A stretch of 34,317 nucleotides of DNA, from sequence record SRR31156797_5117; one strand, given 5' to 3'. The notes beneath the pieces were generated by a model. It did not search any database. It was not told the origin of the DNA and saw only the letters and a program-made list of their open reading frames with translations. The number at the start of each line of letters is the position of its first letter. The stretch's first letter is position 1. Below are positions 26,262 to 34,317 of the stretch, piece by piece. A program made the translations under genes and the position numbers.

Positions 26262-28108
26262 TAGAAACTATACTTTATTCCAGCATAATATGCCCTTGGA
26301 CTTGTGGCATATCCATCAACGGTTTGGTAATATTTATCTGTAAGATTTTCTATTTTTCCAAAAAGTTTTATATCTTTTGTAAGATCATAGTTAAGGTTTA
26401 GATGTGCAATTGTATATTTTCCTGTTTGCTCCCCTTGTTTATTGGCACTATCATATCGTGTACCAATGTATTCACCATTTAGTCCAATGTGAAGTTTAGA
26501 GATTCCATAGTAATCAACTCCAAATTTTAGAGTTTGTTCAGGACGTCTTGCAAGGTATTTCCCATCTTCATCTTTTGCACTTAGTTTCGTATAATTCAGT
26601 GTAAAAAGTGTATTTTCAACTACTTCTTTAGAGTATTCTATCTCTATCCCTTTAAAAGTTGATTTCCCATCAAGGTTTTTATATATACCAATAGTAGCTC
26701 CCATATATCCATCAGGATCATACCAGTCAATAAGATCTTTTACCTTTTGATAAAAATAAGTGATCTTAAGGTCTTTATATCCTACGCTGATATCAGCACT
26801 ATAGCTATTTTCTGGATTAAGTTCAGTATTTGGGGCACCCCAAGGGTTAAGCTCTTGGACTATATTTGGAACATTATAGGCAGTTCCTATATTAGAAGAG
26901 AGATAAAGCTCTTTTAAAAAGTTATGTTTTACTCCAAGTTTTCCAGTTAGTTTATTATCAAAGTTATCATAATTATCGTATCTTAAACTTTGAGTAAGTA
27001 CTGTAGTATCAAATTTATTAGAGTTAGTTACATAAAGATAATAGCTTTTATTCTCTTTTGTTCCAGAACTATTTGAAACAGTTGAATAGTCTGCATCATC
27101 TTTTGTGGCTCCAAATCCAAAAAGTGCAAAGCTGTTATCCATATATTTATAGTTGTCATTTAGTTCTAGATTATCACTTTCACCATTGAACTCTTTTACT
27201 CCATAGGTTGTTCCTATCTCTTCTCTTGCAAAGATACTTTTATCGTATTTTGCTTTTAATGTATGTTTATCAAGTGTTTGAGTATAGTATAATGAATAGA
27301 AAGAATCATCTATATCACTTTTCATATTCTCATCATCAGGGCTTGCATAGCTGTCATACTCTTTTTTGGCATCTATTTTTATATATTGAACTCCTACACT
27401 TGCAGAATCATTTATAAAGTAGTTTCCATCAAGATTAAAAGTTGTATTCTCATAGCTATCATCTTCATAGTTATCTATATCATCACCTCTTGGGGCTTGG
27501 GTAGTAAAACTATCACTTGTTATCCTTGATCCACTAAGTTTTAGATCAAACTCTTCTTGTTTATGTGAAAGAGTGGCTCCATATTTTTTAGTGTTAAAAC
27601 TTCCAAGTTCTAGATTTAGAGATCCATGGGTTCCATGTTTTGGTTTTTTTGTGATGATATTGATAACTCCAGAAGCAGCATCAGCTCCCCAGATACCACT
27701 TTGTGAACCTTTGATAACTTCTATCTTTTCTATTTCACTATTCATAAGATGAGCAATAGTTGCCCCACTTGTATTTGATGGATTTTGATATCTGATCCCA
27801 TCAATGAGTACAAGAACTCTATTATTTCCACTTCCTCTTAAAAGTATGGAAGTTGTAGATCCAAGTCCTCCGTTTGAAGTAAAGTTTATTCCGCCAGCTA
27901 GATTTAAAGCTTCTGCTACGGTTTTAATATTTTTTTCCTCTAGTTCTGTATTTGAAATAATTGAAGTATTACTTGTCACATCCTCTATTGATTGTTCTGA
28001 TTTTGTTGCACTTGAGATTGTCAGTGTTCCTAGATTAAAATTATTTTGTGCAAAAGCACATGTTGTAAGTAAAAAAGCACCAGCAATGCTTAATGGTATT
28101 TTGTTCAT
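26261..28108 (-). CDS. btuB: TonB-dependent outer-membrane receptor (BtuB-like)
   Basis: Signal peptide, TonB-box-like TLTISS, plug motifs LRG..VLVLIDG and IEKIEVIKG..SGIWGADA.SGVINIITK, C-terminal Phe; 615 aa; heads the btuFDC-cob cluster. Substrate is inferred. Confidence 0.82.
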   Translation of the reverse strand: MNKIPLSIAGAFLLTTCAFAQNNFNLGTLTISSATKSEQSIEDVTSNTSIISNTELEEKNIKTVAEALNLAGGINFTSNGGLGSTTSILLRGSGNNRVLVLIDGIRYQNPSNTSGATIAHLMNSEIEKIEVIKGSQSGIWGADAASGVINIITKKPKHGTHGSLNLELGSFNTKKYGATLSHKQEEFDLKLSGSRITSDSFTTQAPRGDDIDNYEDDSYENTTFNLDGNYFINDSASVGVQYIKIDAKKEYDSYASPDDENMKSDIDDSFYSLYYTQTLDKHTLKAKYDKSIFAREEIGTTYGVKEFNGESDNLELNDNYKYMDNSFALFGFGATKDDADYSTVSNSSGTKENKSYYLYVTNSNKFDTTVLTQSLRYDNYDNFDNKLTGKLGVKHNFLKELYLSSNIGTAYNVPNIVQELNPWGAPNTELNPENSYSADISVGYKDLKITYFYQKVKDLIDWYDPDGYMGATIGIYKNLDGKSTFKGIEIEYSKEVVENTLFTLNYTKLSAKDEDGKYLARRPEQTLKFGVDYYGISKLHIGLNGEYIGTRYDSANKQGEQTGKYTIAHLNLNYDLTKDIKLFGKIENLTDKYYQTVDGYATSPRAYYAGIKYSF

Positions 28109-28115
28109 TTGATTA

Positions 28116-28167
28116 TCCTAAATTTTTAATATTGATTATTTTTATAATGAATAGTTAAAATTTAGAA
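28116..28167 (-). promoter_or_regulatory. Hairpin that sequesters the btuB Shine-Dalgarno
   Basis: mRNA sense: UUCUAAAUUUUAAC-UAUU-C-AUUAU [AAAA] AUAAU-C-AAUA-UUAAAAAUUUAGGA. The arms pair along their length and the 3' arm ends in the AGGA SD (28119-28116). Confidence 0.65.
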
Positions 28168-28318
28168 AAGGTGGAGAGGTCTTATATTCTTGGTATTCAA
28201 AAGCTTTAAGGTGATATTGGAAGTTTGTATCGACTCTACATAGTTTGTATAATGTTGAGTACATAGCAATGATTGCTAGACTAAAGTATCGTTTTGTATA
28301 TCCTCTTAAGTGTTTCAT
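28142..28318 (-). CDS. Unannotated 58-aa upstream ORF (candidate leader/arrest peptide)
   Basis: MKHLRGYTKRYFSLAIIAMYSTLYKLCRVDTNFQYHLKAFEYQEYKTSPPFLNFNYSL*. Fills most of the folP-btuB gap and falls just under the shortest ORFs in the track. ATG is 6 nt after a TAAAAT -10 box. Confidence 0.65.
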   Translation of the reverse strand: MKHLRGYTKRYFSLAIIAMYSTLYKLCRVDTNFQYHLKAFEYQEYKTSPPFLNFNYSL

Positions 28319-28324
28319 AGGCGA

Positions 28325-28330
28325 ATTTTA
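28325..28330 (-). promoter_or_regulatory. -10 box for a leaderless uORF-btuB transcript
   Basis: Minus strand reads TAAAAT-tcgcct-ATG(28318); no SD before the ATG. Confidence 0.6.
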
Positions 28331-28347
28331 TCTAAAAATGACTTATT

Positions 28348-29502
28348 TTATAAAAGAGGTTGATTTAAAATAGCATTTTGGACTTTTAAAGCTTGAAAAT
28401 GCTCTTTTACATCATGACATCGCACTATTGAAGCTCCGCGTCTTACATTATCAAGATGTATTGCAAGAGTTCCTGGGAGTCTATCTTTTATCTCACTTGG
28501 AGTGATCTTATCGATCATCGTTTTTCTACTTGCTCCTATTAAAAGTTCATATCCAAAATGTAAAAAATGTTCAGTGTTTTTTAAAAGCAGTAAGTTATGT
28601 TCTAATGTTTTTCCAAACCCAATTCCCACATCTAGGATAATGTTTTTTATCCCAAATGCTTTTGCTTTTTCTATTCGTTCTTTAAAGAACTGATCTACTT
28701 CTAAAACCACATTATCATAGCTTGGATTGTGTTGCATATCTTTTGGCTTCCCTTGCATATGCATAATTACAATAGTTGCATTAAACTTTGCAGTGAGTTT
28801 TGCCACTTCATCATTAGCTAAACCTGTGATATCATTAACAATTTGAAATCCAGATTTTAGTGCATACTCAATCACACTTGGGGTAAAACTATCGATACTA
28901 AAGAGTACTTTTTCATAGAGCTTTTTTTCTTTGATAATATCACAAATAGGGATGATACGATTAAGCTCCTCTTGTTCATCTACCATATCACTTCCAGGAC
29001 GAGTTGAAACTCCTCCAATGTCTATAATATCTGCACCATCTTCTATCATAGAATAGATTTTTTCAATGGCTGAATCCCCTTGAAATCTACTTCCATCAAA
29101 AAAGCTATCATCATTGGCATTGATTATTCCCATAATTCTTGTAGGGAAAGTTGGAGTATTAACAAAACTTTGAAGCTCTTTAGCTAAGCTTTTTAATCCA
29201 AATGGTTGAGCTAACTCTTTTTTACTAAGTATTTCAAAATGTTTCGTTGTTCCTAAAAGAATAGCATCCACATATTTATCACGAGCTAAAATAGTTCCAG
29301 TAGGAACAGCAAGATCAGCTCCTATAGATAAGGCATCTTGCTTTAAAATATTCGCAGCTCCCACATGAAGATCTTTTATAAATAGGGCATGGGAAAAGCT
29401 CTTTTTTGCCATGATCTTTGAGCCTGCATCTTCTGAGCCAAGATGGGTAAAAAGTTCTTGCGCTTGCGCTTGGTTTTTTAAAGAGAGTTTATAAAACTCC
29501 AT
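28348..29502 (-). CDS. folP: Dihydropteroate synthase with N-terminal extension
   Basis: IMGIINANDDSFFDG, IDIGGVSTRPG, MHMQG, LDVGIGFGK, IGASRK, IVRCHDV. Confidence 0.95.
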   Translation of the reverse strand: MEFYKLSLKNQAQAQELFTHLGSEDAGSKIMAKKSFSHALFIKDLHVGAANILKQDALSIGADLAVPTGTILARDKYVDAILLGTTKHFEILSKKELAQPFGLKSLAKELQSFVNTPTFPTRIMGIINANDDSFFDGSRFQGDSAIEKIYSMIEDGADIIDIGGVSTRPGSDMVDEQEELNRIIPICDIIKEKKLYEKVLFSIDSFTPSVIEYALKSGFQIVNDITGLANDEVAKLTAKFNATIVIMHMQGKPKDMQHNPSYDNVVLEVDQFFKERIEKAKAFGIKNIILDVGIGFGKTLEHNLLLLKNTEHFLHFGYELLIGASRKTMIDKITPSEIKDRLPGTLAIHLDNVRRGASIVRCHDVKEHFQALKVQNAILNQPLL

Positions 29503-29503
29503 T

Positions 29504-30121
29504 TTATCTCTTTTGAAGAAGGTTAAGTAAAACTGTCGTTAAAATAGAAATAGGGCGAGAGTTAAGCTCAAGTAGTTTCATAGCAGTACTAAAGCTTTGG
29601 AGTTGTTTAGAGTTTAACTGTATCCTATTTTTATTAGCACTATAAAGGATCGATTCAATCACTTCTTTTGCTTCATGTTTTGAGATACGCTGATTCTCTT
29701 TTAAGTATCTATAGATATCTTTAAGTTCTAAGTTTCGTAGATCTAGTTCAAACTCATGTAAAAGTTTTTTTGTTTTTAAGTATTTTACTTCTAAACGTGA
29801 AAGTACTGTGGGTAAAATAGAGTTTTTTGAACTAGTGATGATCACAAAGATAATATTTCTTGGAGGCTCTTCAAGTACTTTTAAAAGTGAGTTTTGTGCT
29901 TCTATTCCAAAAGATTCTCCACAAAGAAAAATATATTTTGTTTCATTTGATGCGATATAGGCTTCTTTGATCGCTTTTCTAGCTTCTTTTAATAAAAACT
30001 CAGTTTTTCCTTCTTCCTCATTTTGAACCACTCTAACAGAGTGTTTTGGGAGAGTGGAGCTTAGGGTTTCAAGATGTTGATCAATATTATTTACGATAAA
30101 AAGTGAAGATTTGTTGATCAT
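29504..30121 (-). CDS. holB: DNA polymerase III delta' subunit (short Campylobacterota type)
   Basis: AQNSLLKVLEEPP and ILPTVLSR; lies in the lysC-hobA-holB-folP order. Confidence 0.88.
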   Translation of the reverse strand: MINKSSLFIVNNIDQHLETLSSTLPKHSVRVVQNEEEGKTEFLLKEARKAIKEAYIASNETKYIFLCGESFGIEAQNSLLKVLEEPPRNIIFVIITSSKNSILPTVLSRLEVKYLKTKKLLHEFELDLRNLELKDIYRYLKENQRISKHEAKEVIESILYSANKNRIQLNSKQLQSFSTAMKLLELNSRPISILTTVLLNLLQKR

Positions 30122-30673
30122 CTATTTATTAACATCAACTTGTGCACACAAAGCGCCATCAAGTGTTTTATTAAAAAGTCTATACATATTAAGAAGCCTT
30201 ATATCCAAAGCCTCATCATTGCTATCAAGATAAAAGCTATTTGAAAGCTCTTCATCCATCAACCAAAGAAATGGTTGTTTTGATATTTTTGCTAAAGTTG
30301 CCCGTTTACTTTGGCTTTTCCCTATATACCAAAAAAAGTATCCATTTGGAAAAGAGGTATCTAAAAGATCATGGATAAGTTGAATATCACTTTCCGTTTT
30401 CACTCCATCCACATTAGGATACAAAGACTCTAAAGAGTAAAATGGAAAATACGGACGTCCTAATTTTTTATGATTTATATGTGATAAGATATATTGTTTA
30501 AACCATTCATGTTCATGATCGGTGATAATAAGGACTGATTTGTTTTTCTCTAAGATATTGTTAATGCATTGAGATATTAAAGGGATCCAGTCAAATTTTC
30601 TCTCTTCCATCCAAGCTCCAAGGAGCTTGTCTTTTCGAATAGTTTCAACGGTCCAGTTAGTAAACTCTTGCAT
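30122..30673 (-). CDS. hobA: DnaA-binding replication regulator HobA
   Basis: WTVETIR..WMEERKFDWIPL, RPYFP, FFWYIG, LFNKTL; conserved position between lysC and holB. Confidence 0.88.
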   Translation of the reverse strand: MQEFTNWTVETIRKDKLLGAWMEERKFDWIPLISQCINNILEKNKSVLIITDHEHEWFKQYILSHINHKKLGRPYFPFYSLESLYPNVDGVKTESDIQLIHDLLDTSFPNGYFFWYIGKSQSKRATLAKISKQPFLWLMDEELSNSFYLDSNDEALDIRLLNMYRLFNKTLDGALCAQVDVNK

Positions 30674-30681
30674 CTAAAGCC

Positions 30682-31893
30682 TTATTTGTCCAGTTGATAG
30701 ATATCGTGAAGTGAACGAACTGCTAGTTCTGCATATTTTTCTTCAATGATCATAGAGATCTTGATTTCACTTGTACTGATGATTCTGATATTGATATTAT
30801 TATCTGCTAGTGCTGTAAAAGCTTTACTTGCAACTCCTGTGTGAGATTTCATCCCAACACCTACGATTGAAACTTTACAGATATCTTCTTTATAATCGAT
30901 CTTTTCAGTTTCAGGCTCAAATTTTGCCATAACCTGTTTTGCTTTTTCAAAATCAGTTGTAGGGATAGTAAAGTCAAGATTTGTTTTACTATCATTGCCA
31001 ATAGTTTGTACTATCATATCCACATTGATATTTGCATCAGCCAAAGCTGTAAAAATAGCTGAAGCGATCCCTGGTTTATCACTTACTCCATACATTCCAA
31101 CTCTTAATTGATTTCTATCAAGTGCAATACCACTTACTACAGGTTGTTCCATAATATTTTCTTCCTTTGTTATTAATGTTCCTTCAATATCTGGGCTAAA
31201 GCTACTTCTTGATACAAGATTTACATTAAGCTTTTTAGCCATCTCTACTGATCTGTTTTGTAAAACTTTGGCTCCAAGACTTGCAAGTTCTAACATCTCA
31301 TCGTATGAGATCTTTTCAAGTTTTTTAGCCTTTGGCTCAATTCTTGGATCTGTAGTATAGATCCCATCCACATCAGTGTAGATCTCACATAGATCAGCTT
31401 GAAGAGCTCCTGCAAGTGCCACAGCAGTAAGATCACTTCCACCACGACCTAGAGTTGTCACTCTTCCATTTTCGATATTTACCCCTTGAAATCCTGCTAC
31501 GATAATAATCTTATTATCTTTAATAGCATTATTCATATTAGTTGTATCGATCTTTTCTATTCTCGCATAAGTATGTTCAGACGTGGTCATAATACCAGCT
31601 TCTCTACCACTCATAGAAGTTGTAGGGTATCCTTGCTCATTTAAAGCGATTGAAAGTAGGGCTGATGTTACTCTCTCCCCTGAACTTAAAAGCATATCTA
31701 CTTCAGCTGCATTTGGAGTTTTACTATAATATTCTGCATATTCGATAAGTTTGTTTGTTTCACCACTCATTGCACTTACTACTGCAACGATATCGTCACC
31801 TTGGTCTTTAAATTTTTTTATAATATTAGCAACATTTTGGATACGATCAAGTGTCCCAACACTTGTCCCACCAAATTTTAATACTCTTAGCAT
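30682..31893 (-). CDS. lysC: Aspartate kinase
   Basis: VLKFGGTSVG, VVSAM, TTLGRGGSD, YTDVDGIYTTDPR, two ACT domains. Confidence 0.97.
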   Translation of the reverse strand: MLRVLKFGGTSVGTLDRIQNVANIIKKFKDQGDDIVAVVSAMSGETNKLIEYAEYYSKTPNAAEVDMLLSSGERVTSALLSIALNEQGYPTTSMSGREAGIMTTSEHTYARIEKIDTTNMNNAIKDNKIIIVAGFQGVNIENGRVTTLGRGGSDLTAVALAGALQADLCEIYTDVDGIYTTDPRIEPKAKKLEKISYDEMLELASLGAKVLQNRSVEMAKKLNVNLVSRSSFSPDIEGTLITKEENIMEQPVVSGIALDRNQLRVGMYGVSDKPGIASAIFTALADANINVDMIVQTIGNDSKTNLDFTIPTTDFEKAKQVMAKFEPETEKIDYKEDICKVSIVGVGMKSHTGVASKAFTALADNNINIRIISTSEIKISMIIEEKYAELAVRSLHDIYQLDK

Positions 31894-31896
31894 ATG

Positions 31897-32400
31897 TTAA
31901 ATATATCCCTCTTTTTTGAAGTATTTAAGAACTTTTTTATAGACAGTTCTTTTAAAAAATGTTATATAATCATTTAGTTCATCTGTTTTTACAAATTTAT
32001 ATTCACTAAATTCAGGTATTTTTGTTTTGATATTTATCTTTGCACCTTTTTTAAGCTTCACTAAATAATATTTTTGAGTTTGACCATCATAAGGAGCCAT
32101 CCTTTCAGCTACAGCTGGTGGAAAGTCATAACTTACCCATTTAGGATATTCTGCGACGATATCCACCTGGTCCGTTCCTATCTCCTCTTTCAATTCTCGA
32201 AATAAGGCTTCTTTAGGAGACTCCCCTTTATCGATCCCACCTTGAGGAAATTGCCAAGCATCTTCAACATCGATCCTTGAAGCAATAAATATCTCACAAC
32301 GAGAAGGATAAGATGAAGATAATACGATCGCAGCGACATTTGGGCGATAGTTCTTTTTTGAAGTATCATCGCTTAGTTTTGCTTTGATTTTATCTTTCAT
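31897..32400 (-). CDS. rppH: RNA pyrophosphohydrolase RppH
   Basis: YRPNVAA, WQFPQGGIDKGE..EALFRELKEEIG (Nudix box), GQTQKYY, FFKRTVY. Confidence 0.95.
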   Translation of the reverse strand: MKDKIKAKLSDDTSKKNYRPNVAAIVLSSSYPSRCEIFIASRIDVEDAWQFPQGGIDKGESPKEALFRELKEEIGTDQVDIVAEYPKWVSYDFPPAVAERMAPYDGQTQKYYLVKLKKGAKINIKTKIPEFSEYKFVKTDELNDYITFFKRTVYKKVLKYFKKEGYI

Positions 32401-32475
32401 TAAATAATTTACCTTATACTTGTATTTTTAAATGATTAAACGTAATCGTGATAATAACAAAAGGATGCTTTATAT

Positions 32476-33537
32476 ATGCTTTTATACCTCCATATCCCAT
32501 TCTGTGATAGTAAATGTCACTATTGCTCTTTTAACTCCTATGTGGAGCTGTTCGCTTATAAAAAACAATATATAGAAGCGTTAAAAAAACAGCTTGTCTA
32601 TGAGCTTGAACTCTATAAGCCTATAATTGAAACAATCTTTATAGGTGGTGGAACTCCAAGTACTATAGATGCAGATGAATATCAAAAAATAATAGAGATA
32701 ATCTCACCATATTTTCACAATAAAAACATAGAAGTTACTATAGAAGCAAATCCAAATTCAGCCCATGATGTATGGCTAAAAAAGATCTATAAAAACGGAA
32801 TAAACCGTATAAGTTTTGGAGTACAAAGTTTTAATGAGGAAAAATTAAAATTTTTAGGAAGAAATCACAATCAAAACCAAGCTGTAAAAGCAATTAAAAG
32901 CGCAAAAGAGGCTGGATTTGTACATGTTAATATGGATATTATCTATGATACAAAATTGGATACTCAAAACCTCCTTGATGAGGATTTGAAGATTATCTCT
33001 TCACTTCCTATTGACCATATCAGTGCATATAGTTTAACAATAGAAGAAGGTACAAAGTTTTTTTCTAAAAATAATGTAAGAGTTGAAGATGAAAATATGG
33101 CACGAAAGTTTTTTGAAGATTTAAAAACTTTAGGGTTTGAACAGTATGAGATCTCTAACTTTGCTAAAAAAAATGAATCAAAAAGTCAGCACAATTTAGG
33201 GTATTGGAGATATAAAGAATATTTAGGAATTGGAGCAGGAGCAGTAGGATATATTAATGGACAAAGATACTATCCTTATAGAGATGTTTTTCAATATATA
33301 AAAACTCCTACAGAGTATGAATCTACAGAAAAAATAACCATAGAAGATCAAAAACTTGAAAAGCTTTTTTTAGGACTTAGAAGTGAAGTTGGAGTTTCAA
33401 CAGGTCTTTTAAATAAAGAGGGTTTAGAAAGACTCAAAGAATTAGAAAAAGCAAAAAAGATTACGCTTAAAGATCAACGTTTTTACAATAGTGATTTTCT
33501 TTTAGCAGATGAGTTAGCACTTTTTTTAGATATTTAG
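32476..33537 (+). CDS. hemW: Radical SAM heme chaperone HemW (HemN-like)
   Basis: LYLHIPFCDSKCHYCSF (CxxxCxxC), GGGTPS, RISFGVQSF, YEISNF, HNLGYW. Confidence 0.92.
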   Translation: MLLYLHIPFCDSKCHYCSFNSYVELFAYKKQYIEALKKQLVYELELYKPIIETIFIGGGTPSTIDADEYQKIIEIISPYFHNKNIEVTIEANPNSAHDVWLKKIYKNGINRISFGVQSFNEEKLKFLGRNHNQNQAVKAIKSAKEAGFVHVNMDIIYDTKLDTQNLLDEDLKIISSLPIDHISAYSLTIEEGTKFFSKNNVRVEDENMARKFFEDLKTLGFEQYEISNFAKKNESKSQHNLGYWRYKEYLGIGAGAVGYINGQRYYPYRDVFQYIKTPTEYESTEKITIEDQKLEKLFLGLRSEVGVSTGLLNKEGLERLKELEKAKKITLKDQRFYNSDFLLADELALFLDI

Positions 33538-33557
33538 CCTGCTCTTAATCAATTTTT

Positions 33558-33566
33558 TGTTAAAAT
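33558..33566 (+). promoter_or_regulatory. Candidate extended -10 promoter of argG
   Basis: TG-T-TAAAAT upstream of the GGAG SD and TTG start. Confidence 0.45.
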
Positions 33567-33602
33567 ATAAGCTTAATAATCTACATAATAATGGAGTTTA
33601 AT

Positions 33603-34317
33603 TTGAGCAAAAAAGAAGTAAAAAAAGTAGTTCTCGCATATAGTGGAGGACTTGATACAAGTACTATTTTAAAATGGTTACAAGATGAATACAATGCAGA
33701 AGTGATCACTTTTACAGCTGATCTTGGACAGGGTGAAGAGGTAGAGCCTGCTCGTGCAAAAGCTCTTGCTTGTGGTATTAAGCCTGAAAATATTTTTATT
33801 TTAGATATCCGTGAAGAGTTTGTAAAAGATTATGTATTTCCTATGTTTAGAGCAAATGCTATCTATGAGGGTGAGTATCTTTTAGGTACATCTATCGCAA
33901 GACCACTTATTGCTAAAAAGCAAATTGAGATAGCAAATAAAATGGGTGCAGATGCTGTAAGTCATGGTGCTACAGGAAAAGGGAATGATCAAGTGAGATT
34001 TGAGCTTGGATACCTTGGACTAAATCCAGATATTACAGTGATTGCACCTTGGAGAGAGTGGGATCTAAATTCACGTGAAAAACTTTTAGCATACGCTGCA
34101 CAGCATGGAATAGAGATCGATAAAAAACATATCGATGCTGATGGAAATCCTGCTGTTAGTCCATACTCAATGGATGCAAACCTTTTACATATCTCGTATG
34201 AGGGATTACATCTCGAAAACCCAAATAATGAACCAGAAGATTCTATGTGGCTTTGGACAACTGATCCAATAAAAGCTCCAGATGAGCCAGAATATATCAC
34301 TATTGGATATAAAAATG
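33603..34317 (+). CDS. argG: Argininosuccinate synthase (3' end runs off the window)
   Basis: Not in the ORF track. TTG start after [52 protein letters not shown]. Confidence 0.96.
   Translation, partial: MSKKEVKKVVLAYSGGLDTSTILKWLQDEYNAEVITFTADLGQGEEVEPARAKALACGIKPENIFILDIREEFVKDYVFPMFRANAIYEGEYLLGTSIARPLIAKKQIEIANKMGADAVSHGATGKGNDQVRFELGYLGLNPDITVIAPWREWDLNSREKLLAYAAQHGIEIDKKHIDADGNPAVSPYSMDANLLHISYEGLHLENPNNEPEDSMWLWTTDPIKAPDEPEYITIGYKN

Noticed and set aside
28109-28347. Cobalamin riboswitch upstream of btuB
   Set aside because: No GGGAA, CCC..AACUGU or AG(C/U)CAG B12-box elements on the minus strand, and the region is too AT-rich; an Infernal scan is needed to exclude it fully.
33989-34300. 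Minus-strand 103-aa ORF
   Set aside because: Antisense shadow of argG.
1-34317. CRISPR arrays, IS elements, integrases, tRNA/rRNA genes and poly-G phase-variation tracts
   Set aside because: No repeat-spacer array, transposase or integrase motif, structural RNA gene or long G/C homopolymer was seen by eye; intergenic gaps are short.

Overview
AT-rich chromosomal window from a Campylobacterota (epsilon-proteobacterial, Arcobacter/Sulfurimonas-like) bacterium; hobA and the lysC-hobA-holB-folP order support this. Most of the window is a minus-strand cobamide uptake and nucleotide-loop assembly cluster: btuB-btuF-btuD-btuC, an APH/ThrB-type kinase, cobT, cobU, cobS, cobD, cobQ/cbiP, cbiB and a degenerate cobD paralogue. 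Unrelated cargo is interleaved: a PIN toxin-antitoxin pair, recQ, a RhuM-family gene, a cupin, an orphan MNT nucleotidyltransferase and a KAP NTPase. A plus-strand block splits cobQ from cbiB: a YbjT-like SDR, SHP-like cytochrome c, diheme cytochrome c, a cytochrome b-DHC fusion, a Spy/CpxP-like protein, a two-component system and a hypothetical gene. The left end holds a BRCT+LRV-repeat protein, a MoxR AAA+ ATPase and a partial MCP. The right end is housekeeping (folP, holB, hobA, lysC, rppH, hemW, partial argG). The most notable observation is the btuB leader. I see no cobalamin riboswitch there. Instead there is an unannotated, apparently leaderless 58-codon uORF with a KTSPP motif, followed by a long hairpin that sequesters the btuB Shine-Dalgarno, which suggests a ribosome-stalling translational attenuator. 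Other leads are a candidate non-orthologous L-threonine kinase and a CobD paralogue lacking the PLP lysine. All calls come from manual motif reading; no searches or folding were run.
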